This document shows positions 9,085-18,429 of a stretch of DNA of 64,000 nt, in pieces. The stretch is from Candidatus Phosphitivorax anaerolimi. GTDB taxonomy: Bacteria; Desulfobacterota; Desulfomonilia; UBA1062. Numbering within the stretch: the first letter of the stretch is position 1; each line of letters starts with the position of its first letter. The position numbers and the translations under genes are program-made. The stretch lies in assembly GCA_001896555.1 (NCBI GenBank), contig MPOS01000012.1:81195-145194 (forward strand), in the 5' to 3' direction. Under the pieces are notes generated by a model. The model was not told the origin of the DNA, ran no database searches, and saw only the letters and a program-made list of their open reading frames with translations.

Positions 9085-9627
9085 GTGGATGGACATCGAG
9101 CCCCCGTTATCGCAATCATAGGGTTCCTGGCCCTTTTCATCATTCACTGGGCAGCCGTGCCCGGGGCTGCGGAGCGGCCCTTGCAGGCCGGGTCACGAAC
9201 CGGCTTGATGGATAATGACGTGAGCGGATCATACACGGCCATGCAATACGGGCAGGCATGCCCGGGTATGAGCGGGGATGCAGATCCGTCCTCGGCCGCA
9301 CCGTTCTTCGAATATGACTTGCCTGCGGACAAACAATCCAGCTGGAATGATGATGTCCTGCCCGGCGGGGCGACCCTGAAGAACAGGGCTCTGGATATCC
9401 TGCCCGAAAAGCCTGTCCCCACCGGTAAGGATGAAATCTTTACAACACCCCGGATACGGGTCTTATCTCCCGAATCAATGACCTCAGGTCCAATTTGGCA
9501 GCAGAGACGCGCGGGCAGGGGGCTGCTTGTCTCAGGGCGGATGCCGGACACAACACAGGTCAACCCGGCTGGTGACGTGCTGCCTGCTGAGAGCGGATGC
9601 GCCTTTGCAGACCGCAGGATTAAATAG
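9085..9627 (+). CDS. Hypothetical secreted or membrane-anchored protein (180 aa)
   Basis: GTG start lies 8 nt after AGGAGG (9071-9076). The N-terminal hydrophobic segment is APVIAIIGFLALFIIHWAAVPGAA. No domain was recognised. Confidence 0.35.
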   Translation: MDGHRAPVIAIIGFLALFIIHWAAVPGAAERPLQAGSRTGLMDNDVSGSYTAMQYGQACPGMSGDADPSSAAPFFEYDLPADKQSSWNDDVLPGGATLKNRALDILPEKPVPTGKDEIFTTPRIRVLSPESMTSGPIWQQRRAGRGLLVSGRMPDTTQVNPAGDVLPAESGCAFADRRIK

Positions 9628-9726
9628 AAGATCGAGATGTAGGATTGCGCCACGAACAGGAGATAGCTTGCAAACACAAGGTGTATTACAAACAGAGGCT
9701 GGGCCGCAGGCAAAGGATGCATTCCC

Positions 9727-9758
9727 GAAGAAGCCGGCGCCGCGGTCTTCCCTTTTTT
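9727..9758 (+). terminator. Candidate intrinsic terminator
   Basis: GAAGA (9727-9731) pairs with TCTTC (9746-9750) around a GC-rich, partly paired loop. CC and then TTTTTT (9753-9758) follow. It lies between the 9085 ORF and the ferric-reductase gene. Confidence 0.3.
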
Positions 9759-9774
9759 GCCCGAGGTTTAAAAC

Positions 9775-11121
9775 ATGCCTGCCCATACTGCATATCACGG
9801 GAATACGCGCGGGGTCCTGCTCGTTATGCTCTACATAGCAGTGGCGATCACGCCGATCATTTTCGCAGCGGTGTTCGGGTACACGTATGGCCATCTCGTC
9901 TATGAGATGGGAAGGAGCTTTGCCATCCTGGGGTTCATGCTCATCGTTCTCCAGGTATTTCTCGCCGGCCGGATCAAGTGGATCGAACAGCCCTACGGGT
10001 TCGACATCCTGATCCGGTTCCATCGGAATATGGGGATCTTCGCCCTGCTCCTGATACTCTCCCACCCCATTCTACTGGCCGCAGGCAGCGGGAACTGGGC
10101 ACTTCTGACCGGGCTTGCCGTGCCCCCTGTTGTGTGGCTCGGCAGGGCGACGCTGGCCGTCCTGATCGCCAGTGTTCTGATCAGTGTGTACCAGAGACCG
10201 CTCGGCCTGACCTTTGAACACTGGAGACTGATCCATGACATCCTCTCGCCCCTGGTCATCGCGGGTGCGTTCGTCCACAGTTTCGTGATCGGAGCGGACC
10301 TGAACCTTGTCTTGATGCAGGGCATCTGGATCGTATCGGTTCTAGCGGCGGTGTCTGTCTTTGTATACCATCGGTTTATCAGGCCCCGGATTCTCAGAGA
10401 GCATGCATACCGCGTCACCGAGGTGGTCCCGGAGGCCCCGGGCGTATGGACCGTGAAGCTGGCGCCGGAAGCGGGCGAGCCCCTGTTCGACTACCTGCCC
10501 GGACAGTTTCAGTTCATCACCTTCTTCCGGAACAGGGGGCTTCCTGAGGAGGAGCATCACTGGACCATCTCGTCATCCCCGGCGGGCAAGGATTATGTGA
10601 GCTCCACCATCAAGGCCCTGGGCGATTTCACCTCGACCATGGGTGAGACCCGGGTAGGCGACAGGGCAGCGGTTCATGGAGGGTTCGGCCGCTTCTCCTA
10701 TGTTCTCCATCCGGAAGAACGCGATCTGGTCTTCATTGCGGGCGGGATCGGAATAACACCGCTGATGAGCATGATCCGGCATATGAGAGATACCCGGGAT
10801 ACCCGCCGGGTCCTCCTGTTATATGCCAACAAAGACGAGAGCGGTATCGTCTTTTCCCGTGAGCTCTCCGAGATAGAGGCCGGGGGATATCCCTCGCTCC
10901 GGGTGGTACACGTTCTGGGAAGCCCTCCACCGGGTTGGAAAGGCGAAGCTGGCTTTGTGGACAGGGAAAAGATCCAGCGCCTCTGCGGAGATAAGCTGGA
11001 TGACAAGGTCTTTTACGTCTGCGGACCACCCGGACTGATCAATGCCGTGCTCGATGCCCTGAAGGCGCTCGGGGTGGAGGACTACCGGATCAGACTCGAG
11101 ATCTTCTCGTTCCTCGACTGA
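9775..11121 (+). CDS. Ferric-reductase-domain / FNR-like flavocytochrome (bacterial NOX/Fre family)
   Basis: 448 aa. The N-terminal half is polytopic with two His pairs each 14 residues apart (H83/H97 in RFHRNMGIFALLLILSH; H154/H168 in IHDILSPLVIAGAFVH). This matches the bis-heme ferric reductase domain. The C-terminal half has the FAD motif HHWTISSSP, the NAD(P)H motif FIAGGIGITPLMSM and CGPPGL. Confidence 0.8.
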   Translation: MPAHTAYHGNTRGVLLVMLYIAVAITPIIFAAVFGYTYGHLVYEMGRSFAILGFMLIVLQVFLAGRIKWIEQPYGFDILIRFHRNMGIFALLLILSHPILLAAGSGNWALLTGLAVPPVVWLGRATLAVLIASVLISVYQRPLGLTFEHWRLIHDILSPLVIAGAFVHSFVIGADLNLVLMQGIWIVSVLAAVSVFVYHRFIRPRILREHAYRVTEVVPEAPGVWTVKLAPEAGEPLFDYLPGQFQFITFFRNRGLPEEEHHWTISSSPAGKDYVSSTIKALGDFTSTMGETRVGDRAAVHGGFGRFSYVLHPEERDLVFIAGGIGITPLMSMIRHMRDTRDTRRVLLLYANKDESGIVFSRELSEIEAGGYPSLRVVHVLGSPPPGWKGEAGFVDREKIQRLCGDKLDDKVFYVCGPPGLINAVLDALKALGVEDYRIRLEIFSFLD

Positions 11122-11134
11122 GAAGGGGGTGTGC

Positions 11135-11374
11135 ATGCGCAGGACAGAGCTCAGAAAAGTGACAATCATGGTCATAGCGGTTCTCGTGGGCATTGCTGTG
11201 TTTATGGCGATTTTCCGGGATTCGGCCCAGGCCTTGCCGGAGGCGTCAGCCGGGCCGGGTATGCTTGTCTGTGACGAGAACGCACGACAGGACAGTCAGA
11301 TCATCCGGGTGAACGGCCCCTGTGCGGGCAGCCTGTTATTCCACCACCACGAGAAGCGCGCCGTTCATGAATGA
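11135..11374 (+). CDS. Hypothetical small single-pass membrane protein (79 aa)
   Basis: ATG is preceded by AAGGGGG and lies 13 nt after the ferric-reductase stop. The TM segment is VTIMVIAVLVGIAVFMAIF. It overlaps the 3' end of the convergent ORF 11336..11554, so only one of the two may be real. Confidence 0.3.
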   Translation: MRRTELRKVTIMVIAVLVGIAVFMAIFRDSAQALPEASAGPGMLVCDENARQDSQIIRVNGPCAGSLLFHHHEKRAVHE

Positions 11375-11554
11375 CTCACACCTGGTCTCCCCGAGAGTGA
11401 CCAGCCTGTTGTCCGGTTCGAGGGGCACCCCGCCTTTGTCGACCGGTCTGCCGTCGATGACCGGGACATCGACCTCTTCGTGGGCCCCGCTTTCGGTGAG
11501 CCCGAATCCCCTCGCATAGCCGCGCTTTTCGGTCCCTTCTATGAGCTTGTACAT
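11336..11554 (-). CDS. Hypothetical protein (72 aa)
   Basis: ATG 11554 lies about 10 nt after GAGGGG. The sequence is MYKLIEGTEKRGYARGFGLTESGAHEEVDVPVIDGRPVDKGG.. and no domain was recognised. It is downstream of the 134-aa secreted protein on the same strand. Confidence 0.3.
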   Translation of the reverse strand: MYKLIEGTEKRGYARGFGLTESGAHEEVDVPVIDGRPVDKGGVPLEPDNRLVTLGETRCESFMNGALLVVVE

Positions 11555-11724
11555 TCCTGTCATCCCCTCTGTAACTCATTAGTAGGGAATCCGGCTGCGC
11601 AATCAAACCCTGTCGAGGTTGATTCAGGAGGGCCGCCGAGGAGCCCTGGAGAGGTGTATGATCCGCGCGGATCAGGCCGCGGCGGAGGCTGCGAGGCTGG
11701 GGACGCGGCCTGAGGGATGCTGTT

Positions 11725-12129
11725 TCAGGGGTTTCCGGGGCATGCATGGACCCGGTAGTAGGGAACGCCGTTGTGTACATCGATGCTCGATGCCGCCGGC
11801 CAGAAGCTCACCGAGCCGTGAGATACGGCATAGGGGAAAAGGTAACTGGCGGCATAGTGCCTCACGGACAGACCGGTGATATTGAAATTGCTCACCCCTA
11901 CGTAACCCCCTGCGGCCGTCATGTTCCAGGGATTGTACGGCCCGGGCGCTAGGCCGTCGGAATCGCCCCATGCCAGGGTGTCGATGTGGATGTTCATAGT
12001 CAGGTCCACGAAAAAGCTCACTCCCGACTGGCCCGAGACCAGCGAGAGGTCGGTTTCGCTCATGGGTTTCATGGCGGCGGCGGACAGCGGGACCGCGACC
12101 AGGACAAGGGAAAGAATCAATGCTCTCAT
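11725..12129 (-). CDS. Hypothetical secreted protein (134 aa)
   Basis: Start moved to ATG 12129 (GGGAGGG upstream). The signal peptide is MRALILSLVLVAVPLSAAA. The mature N-terminus is MSETDLSLVSGQSGVSFFVDL. From memory this resembles the x-LS-x-V(T/S)GQ-x-G motif of some secreted or pilus-associated families; unverified. Confidence 0.55.
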   Translation of the reverse strand: MRALILSLVLVAVPLSAAAMKPMSETDLSLVSGQSGVSFFVDLTMNIHIDTLAWGDSDGLAPGPYNPWNMTAAGGYVGVSNFNITGLSVRHYAASYLFPYAVSHGSVSFWPAASSIDVHNGVPYYRVHACPGNP

Positions 12130-12199
12130 CTTCCACCCTCCCTTATTGAAGAGCCGAAAAAGCGGCGTAAAAAAACTCCTTTCATCAATGAAACATATC

Positions 12200-12220
12200 A
12201 TAATATGCTTATAATATGCT
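12200..12220. repeat. Tandem direct repeat ATAATATGCT-T-ATAATATGCT in a divergent promoter region
   Basis: Exact 10-mers at 12200-12209 and 12211-12220, with TATAAT at 12210-12215. It lies between the 134-aa secreted-protein gene (-) and the PAS kinase (+). Confidence 0.45.
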
Positions 12221-12424
12221 ATCATCTATCAGGTTTCAATGCAAGCATCGGGTGGTGTGGTGCTGTAAAAACGGATGCAATGAATTTTTACAGGTGACAT
12301 TCCGATAAAGGCAAAAGGGAAATACCGGAGTGTCCAGTTTTTCCCGTGGAAAGGGGCGCTGCTTCATGCAGGCGGCAGCCATTGGTAGCGGCTGTGTGTT
12401 TTCTTTCAGAATGAGGAGCGTGCG

Positions 12425-15400
12425 GTGAAAAATCAGAATGAGGACACGGGCATCGAAAAATCCAGAGATGACCTCACCCAGGAGCTTCTTGCGGCCAGGG
12501 CATCGGCCCGGGAGAGCGAGGAACGCTACCGCGCCCTGTTCGACCGATCATTCTTCGGCGTCTTCATCCTGGACCTTCAGGGGAATGTGCTCGATGCCAA
12601 TGATGTGGGCCTGGATATGCTGGGGTATGACAGGGAGCATATCAAGGAATTGAATTTCTGGAATATCCTGTCCGAGGATCAGGTGGACGAGGCATTGGCC
12701 GCCAGCGAAGATCTGTTCAGGATCGGCGTTCAGGAAAAACCTCTGGAGCTGCGGTTCAAGCACAGGGATGGAAGCCTCGTCTCGGTGGAAACCACCTCGG
12801 CGGTGCTCTACCGGGATGGACGGCCCTATGCGATCCAGGGTATTGTACGGAATATCAGCGAACGCATGAAGGCCGAGGAAAACCTCAGACAGAGCGAGAG
12901 ATTCTACCGGACCATTTTCGAGAACACCGGCAATGCATCCATTCTCATTGCCGAGGATACCACCATACTGCTGGCAAACTCCAACTTTATCCGGCTCACG
13001 GGATACAAGCGTGAAGAGGTCGAGGGAAAGATGAGCTGGACCACTTTCATCGAACCGAAAGACGTCGAGCGGATGAAGCACTATCATCATCTCCGGAGAC
13101 GGAGCCCTTCTTCCGCCCCGGGATCCTACGAGTTCGGCTTTATCACCCGCTCTGGCGAGCATCGCGACATCCTTCTCACCGTGGCACTCATTCCGGGAAC
13201 AAAAGAGAGCATCGCCTCCTGCTTGGACATCACCGAGCGCAAGCGCGCGGAGCGGGAGCTCAGAATACGGGAGGACAGGTTCAGATCTCTGATCCAGAAC
13301 TTGTCCGATCTGATCCTGATACTCGACAGTGACGGGCTTTTCATGTACGAGGCGCCCTCGGTCGAGAGGATCCTCCATTATCCACCCGGATACCTGATCG
13401 GGAGATCGCCCATGGATTTCATTCATCCCGATGATATCCCCTTAGTCGAGAAGGGGCTGGGTGAGGTATACCGCATGGAGGACAACGGGCAGCCCATCGA
13501 GTTCAGGGTGAAAAGGTTCGATGGCGCCTGGGTGTACCTTGAGGCCATCGGGAAGAACCTCATCCATTATCCCGGGATAGGCGGAGTCGTGATCACGGCC
13601 CGTGACGTCACGGAGCGGAAGAGGGCCGAGGAGGCCCTGCAGAAGAGCGAAGAGCGCTACCGGAACATCCTCGACAACATGCAGGAGGCCTACTACGAGG
13701 TGGATCTGGAAGGGAATTTCACCTTCTTCAATGCCTGCGCCGTAAAAAAGCTCGGATACACGGATGAAGAGATGCAGGGCATGAATTTCCGCAGGTTCGT
13801 GGATCAGGAAAACGCCAGGAAAGTATACGCGACCTATAACAAGGTATTCCTGACAGGGAAGCCTGTGGGGGGATTCGACTGGGAGGCCATCAGCAAGACA
13901 GGAGAAAGGATCTGGGTGGCCGCCTCTGTTTCATTGATACAAGATGATCAGGGCGCTCCGGTTGGGTTCAGGGGAATCGTCCGCGACATCACGGAGCGGA
14001 AGAAGGCTGAAGAAGCCCTGCAGAGGAGCGAAGAACGCTACCGGAACATTCTCAACAATATGCAGGAGGCCTACTACGAGGTGGACCTGAAAGGGACCTT
14101 CACCTTCTTCAACCTCCCTGCCGTGACCAGGCTTGGATACACCGGGGAAGAAATGAAGGACATGAACTTCCGGAGGTTCACGGACGAAGAGAATATCCAG
14201 AAGCTGTACGAGGCATATCACAATGTGTACCTGACGGGCAAGCCAGCCACCGGCGTGGAGTGGGAAGTGATCAACAAGTATGGCGAGAAGATCCCGGTGG
14301 AGGCGTCCGTTTCCCTGATATATGATGAGGCGGGAAACCCGGCGGGTTTCAGAGGGATCGTCCGCGATGTGACCGAGCGCAGAAAGGCCGAGGACGCCCT
14401 CCGCCGCAGTGAGGAAAAGTACCGGACCATCCTTCAGAGCATCCAGGAGGGCTATATCGAGCTCGATCTTTCGGGCAAGGTCACCTTTTTCAACGACTCC
14501 ATATGCCGCATGATGGGCTATTCCCCTGATGAGATGCAGGGGATGAGCTACCGGGCATTCACCTCGACTGATACAGCCAAGAGAATGTACCAGGTCTTCC
14601 ATGCCATATACCTGACCGGAGAGCCGGACGTGCTGCTTGACTATGAGGTGATACGCAAGGACGGCGTGAAGAGAACCCATGAGATCTCCGCATCGCTCAT
14701 GCGGGATGCATCGGGCTCTCCGGTAGGTTTTCGGGGTGTGGTACGGGACGTTACCGAGCGCAAGCGCGCCCAGGAGGCCCTGCAAAGGAGCGAGGAGCGC
14801 TGGCAGTTTGCCCTGGAAGGCGCCGGAGACGGGGTGTGGGATCTGAATCTGAAGACCGGCAAGGTATTCCGGTCGCGGCGCTGGAAGGAGATGTTGGGAT
14901 ACGCCGAGCACGAGATCACCGACAGCGTCGATGAGTGGACAACCCACGTGCATCCCGACGACCGGGAGTCGAGCGACAGAGAGCTGGAGAAGCACCTGAA
15001 GGGCGAGTCGCCCGTTTACGTGAGCGAGCACCGCATCCGGTGCAAGGACGGATCGTACAAGTGGATTCTCGACCGCGGCAAGGTGATCCAGTGGGATGAT
15101 AACGGAACGCCGCTGCGCATCATCGGGACACAGACTGACATCACCGAGAGGAAGCGGTCCGAGGAGGCCCTGCGCCGGAGCGAGGAGCGGTATCGGACCA
15201 TCTTCGAGCACACGGCCACGGCAAACATCATCATAGATGAGAATTACATCATCCGCCTGGCCAACTCCAAGTTTGAGAAACTCGTAGGGTATTCGAAGGA
15301 AGAGCTTGAAGGAAAGATGGCCTGGACCTCCTTTGTGGCGGAAGAAGACCTCGACCGGATGATGGCCTACCACAGGCAGCGCCGCCAAAAGGATGGTTAC

Positions 15401-17050
15401 GCCCCGGATTCCTATGAGTGCCGGTGCGTTATCCGGTCGGGAGAGATGCGTGACCTTTTCATGAACGTGACCATGATCCCGGGCACGACTGAGAGCGTTG
15501 CTTCGATCATGGACATAACGGACCGGAAAAAGGCGGAAGAAGCCTTGAGGCAGAGCGAGGAACGGTTCCGTGACATGGCGAGGCTCATGCCGGAAACCGT
15601 GTTCGAAACAGACGAGCGAGGCATCCTCACCTTTGCCAATGAAGCTGCATTTGAAAAGTTCCAGTATGGCCCTGAAGACCTGGACAAGGGGCTGACCGTA
15701 ACCGACATGGTGGCACCCGAAGACCGGGTTCGGGCGACCGAAGACATCGGCAGGGTCCTGGCAGGTGAGCGTACCGGGCTGAACGAGTATCTGGCCCGGC
15801 GCAAGGACGGCACCACCTTTCCCACCCTGGTGCATGCCGCCCCGATCATGAAGAGCGGGAAGCCCTCGGGCGCTCGCGGCTTCCTGATCGACATCAGCGA
15901 AAAAAAGATTCTGGAGGAACAATTCATACGCGCCCAGAAGATGGAGGCAATCGGGACCATGGCGGGAGGGATCGCCCATGATTTCAACAACCTGCTCATG
16001 GGTGTCCTCGGCAATGTCTCTCTCATGCTCCTGGGCATGGAAAAATCCCACCCCTTTTACGACCGCCTGAAAAACGTAGAGGAATATGTGCGCCAGGGGT
16101 CCGAGCTTACCAAACAGTTTCTCGGATTTGCCCGCGGAGGCAAGTACGAGGTCAGGCCCACCCGGCTGGGAGAGTTCATCCAGAAGAGCGCCGAGATGTT
16201 CGGGAGGACCAGGAAGGAGATTCGGATACACCAAAGCATGCAGGAAGGCTTGTGGACCGTGGAGGTGGACCGGAACCAGATGGAGCAGGTCATGCTCAAC
16301 CTCTTCGTGAACGCTTGGCAGGCCATGCCCGGAGGGGGAGATCTCTATATCTCCATCCAGAACGTGAACCTCAGCGAGTCCGAGGTCGCGCCCTTCGGGG
16401 CCGGACCGGGCAGGTATGTCCAGGTTTCCGTGACCGACACGGGCATCGGAATGGACGAAGAGATCAAGCTGCGGGTATTCGAGCCTTTCTTCACGACCAA
16501 GGGCAAGGGGAGGGGGACCGGGCTCGGTCTTGCCTCGGTGTATGGCATCGTGAAAAACCACAAGGGGTTTGTCACTGTGGAGAGCGAGAAGGGTGTCGGC
16601 TCCACGTTCACCCTCTATCTCCCCGCTTCGGATAAACCCGTCATGGAAGAACGGCAGGCAAGCGGAGAGATCAGGAAAGGCCAGGGGACCATCCTGCTCA
16701 TCGACGATGAGGAGATCATTCTGGACGTGGGCTCCGAGATGATCAAGAGGCTCGGGTATGCCGTCATCACCGCTGCGGGAGGAAAGGCGGGGATCGAGGC
16801 ATACCGCGAACACCGGGATACCATAGATCTGGTGGTGCTCGACATGATCATGCCCGATCTCAGCGGCAAAGACACCTTTGAGAGACTCAAGGAAATCAGA
16901 CCGGACGTAAGCGTGCTGCTCTCCAGCGGATACAGCCTCAACGGTCAGGCCAGGGAGATCATGGACAAGGGCTGCAGAGGTTTCATCCAGAAACCGTTCA
17001 ACCTGGGCGATCTCGCGGAGAAGATCAGGGAGATCCTCGACAGCCGGTAA
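12425..17050 (+). CDS. Multi-PAS hybrid sensor histidine kinase with C-terminal receiver
   Basis: 1541 aa. About nine PAS-like modules are joined by recurring D[IV]TERK[RK]AEEAL linkers. The H-box is GIAHDFNNLL (His1185, nt 15977-15979). HATPase_c blocks are LNLFVNAWQA, DTGIGMD and GTGLGLASVYGIV. The receiver has ILLIDDEE and DLVVLDMIMPD (Asp1473). Start is GTG at 12425. Confidence 0.9.
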   Translation: MKNQNEDTGIEKSRDDLTQELLAARASARESEERYRALFDRSFFGVFILDLQGNVLDANDVGLDMLGYDREHIKELNFWNILSEDQVDEALAASEDLFRIGVQEKPLELRFKHRDGSLVSVETTSAVLYRDGRPYAIQGIVRNISERMKAEENLRQSERFYRTIFENTGNASILIAEDTTILLANSNFIRLTGYKREEVEGKMSWTTFIEPKDVERMKHYHHLRRRSPSSAPGSYEFGFITRSGEHRDILLTVALIPGTKESIASCLDITERKRAERELRIREDRFRSLIQNLSDLILILDSDGLFMYEAPSVERILHYPPGYLIGRSPMDFIHPDDIPLVEKGLGEVYRMEDNGQPIEFRVKRFDGAWVYLEAIGKNLIHYPGIGGVVITARDVTERKRAEEALQKSEERYRNILDNMQEAYYEVDLEGNFTFFNACAVKKLGYTDEEMQGMNFRRFVDQENARKVYATYNKVFLTGKPVGGFDWEAISKTGERIWVAASVSLIQDDQGAPVGFRGIVRDITERKKAEEALQRSEERYRNILNNMQEAYYEVDLKGTFTFFNLPAVTRLGYTGEEMKDMNFRRFTDEENIQKLYEAYHNVYLTGKPATGVEWEVINKYGEKIPVEASVSLIYDEAGNPAGFRGIVRDVTERRKAEDALRRSEEKYRTILQSIQEGYIELDLSGKVTFFNDSICRMMGYSPDEMQGMSYRAFTSTDTAKRMYQVFHAIYLTGEPDVLLDYEVIRKDGVKRTHEISASLMRDASGSPVGFRGVVRDVTERKRAQEALQRSEERWQFALEGAGDGVWDLNLKTGKVFRSRRWKEMLGYAEHEITDSVDEWTTHVHPDDRESSDRELEKHLKGESPVYVSEHRIRCKDGSYKWILDRGKVIQWDDNGTPLRIIGTQTDITERKRSEEALRRSEERYRTIFEHTATANIIIDENYIIRLANSKFEKLVGYSKEELEGKMAWTSFVAEEDLDRMMAYHRQRRQKDGYAPDSYECRCVIRSGEMRDLFMNVTMIPGTTESVASIMDITDRKKAEEALRQSEERFRDMARLMPETVFETDERGILTFANEAAFEKFQYGPEDLDKGLTVTDMVAPEDRVRATEDIGRVLAGERTGLNEYLARRKDGTTFPTLVHAAPIMKSGKPSGARGFLIDISEKKILEEQFIRAQKMEAIGTMAGGIAHDFNNLLMGVLGNVSLMLLGMEKSHPFYDRLKNVEEYVRQGSELTKQFLGFARGGKYEVRPTRLGEFIQKSAEMFGRTRKEIRIHQSMQEGLWTVEVDRNQMEQVMLNLFVNAWQAMPGGGDLYISIQNVNLSESEVAPFGAGPGRYVQVSVTDTGIGMDEEIKLRVFEPFFTTKGKGRGTGLGLASVYGIVKNHKGFVTVESEKGVGSTFTLYLPASDKPVMEERQASGEIRKGQGTILLIDDEEIILDVGSEMIKRLGYAVITAAGGKAGIEAYREHRDTIDLVVLDMIMPDLSGKDTFERLKEIRPDVSVLLSSGYSLNGQAREIMDKGCRGFIQKPFNLGDLAEKIREILDSR

Positions 17051-17201
17051 GGCAGGGAGACCTTTGTCCAGATCAGCCCCTCCCGCAGGCGCCCGCTCTT
17101 AAGCGGTACATACCATTGAGACCGCCTTGCGCGGAGCTATCACAAACCGTATAGCCTCCTGCAGCCGGAATCCGATGACCTTAAAAAACTGGAGAACGGC
17201 C

Positions 17202-18206
17202 ATGAAGAAACGGGTATTCTCAGGAATACAGCCTACCGGGACGATCCACATCGGCAACTATCTCGCCGCGATCAGGCGCTGGGTCATAGCACAGGCAGAG
17301 TACGAATCGATATTCTGCATCGTCGATCTCCACGCCATCACGGTTCCCCAGGAGCCGAAGCTGCTCAAGGCAAAGAACCTCGAGATGGCGGCGATTCTCC
17401 TGGCCGCGGGGATTGACCCCGGGGTGTCTGTCATCTTTGTTCAGTCACAAATCGGGGCCCATGCAGAGCTTGCCTGGATTCTCAACTGCATCATTCCCAT
17501 GGGCTGGATGCTCCGCATGACCCAGTTCAAGGAAAAGTCGCAGAGACAAAAGGAGCAGGTCACTACCGGGCTCTTCGACTACCCGGCCCTCATGGCCGCA
17601 GACATCCTCCTGTATAGGACCAATCTCGTGCCCGTGGGCGAAGACCAGCGACAGCACGTGGAGCTTGCCCGGGATGTTGCCGAGCGGTTCAACTCGCGCT
17701 ACGGCCCCACCTTCGAGCTGCCCGAGGCGGTTATACCCGAAGTGGGCTCCCGGATCATGGGACTGAAGGACCCGACGAAGAAGATGAGCAAGACTGGGGA
17801 TGAAGAGGGCAATGTTCTGGGCGTGCTCGATTCCCCCGATGAGATCCGCGCAAAGATCATGAAGGCTGTCACCGACCCCTTGAGGGAGATACGTTTCGAC
17901 CCGGACCGTCCCGGCATCAACAACCTGCTGGTTATCTACGAGCTGTTCAGCGGAGAGAGTAGGGCGGCAATCGAACAGCGCTTTGCCGGGAAGGGATACG
18001 CACAATTCAAGGCCGAGCTCGCAGAGACGGTCATCGAGGGGTTGAGACCGCTGCAGTTGCGCTTCCGTGAACTGATGGAGGATCAGAGATATATCGGCAG
18101 GCTGCTCGAGGAAGGGGCCGGCCGGATACGGCCGGTTGCAGAAGAAACCTTAAGCACGGTGAAAGAAAAGGTGGGCTTGGGTCTGCCTGTCCTCAAGGGT
18201 GCCTGA
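17202..18206 (+). CDS. trpS: Tryptophan--tRNA ligase
   Basis: Class I signatures are GTIHIGNY (HIGH-type) and KMSKT (KMSKS). The overall TrpS pattern includes FSGIQPTG, VGEDQRQH and NLLVIYE. ATG 17202 is preceded by GGAGAA. Confidence 0.9.
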   Translation: MKKRVFSGIQPTGTIHIGNYLAAIRRWVIAQAEYESIFCIVDLHAITVPQEPKLLKAKNLEMAAILLAAGIDPGVSVIFVQSQIGAHAELAWILNCIIPMGWMLRMTQFKEKSQRQKEQVTTGLFDYPALMAADILLYRTNLVPVGEDQRQHVELARDVAERFNSRYGPTFELPEAVIPEVGSRIMGLKDPTKKMSKTGDEEGNVLGVLDSPDEIRAKIMKAVTDPLREIRFDPDRPGINNLLVIYELFSGESRAAIEQRFAGKGYAQFKAELAETVIEGLRPLQLRFRELMEDQRYIGRLLEEGAGRIRPVAEETLSTVKEKVGLGLPVLKGA

Positions 18207-18429
18207 TCTTATCATCCGCGCCGGCTGCCATCGGAAGGTGCGAGGGCACGGCCTTGCTTTCCCTCGATGCCTCCTTCTCACGCCCGCTCCTTGCGGGCTT
18301 AAGAATACAAGGACGTGCTCGCCTTCATGCTTTCCCGGTTTTCCAGGGGCTGAAGGGCCCGTCCCGGTGTCCATGCATCGATAGGAAACAAGACCAGCGC
18401 CCTGCCCGTAAATTACCTTTCAGAAGCCT

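Noticed and set aside
13931-16813. 960-aa ORF on the minus strand
   Set aside because: It is antisense to the PAS histidine kinase. It has no motifs and a low-complexity Leu/Gly/Pro/His composition, so it is a shadow ORF.
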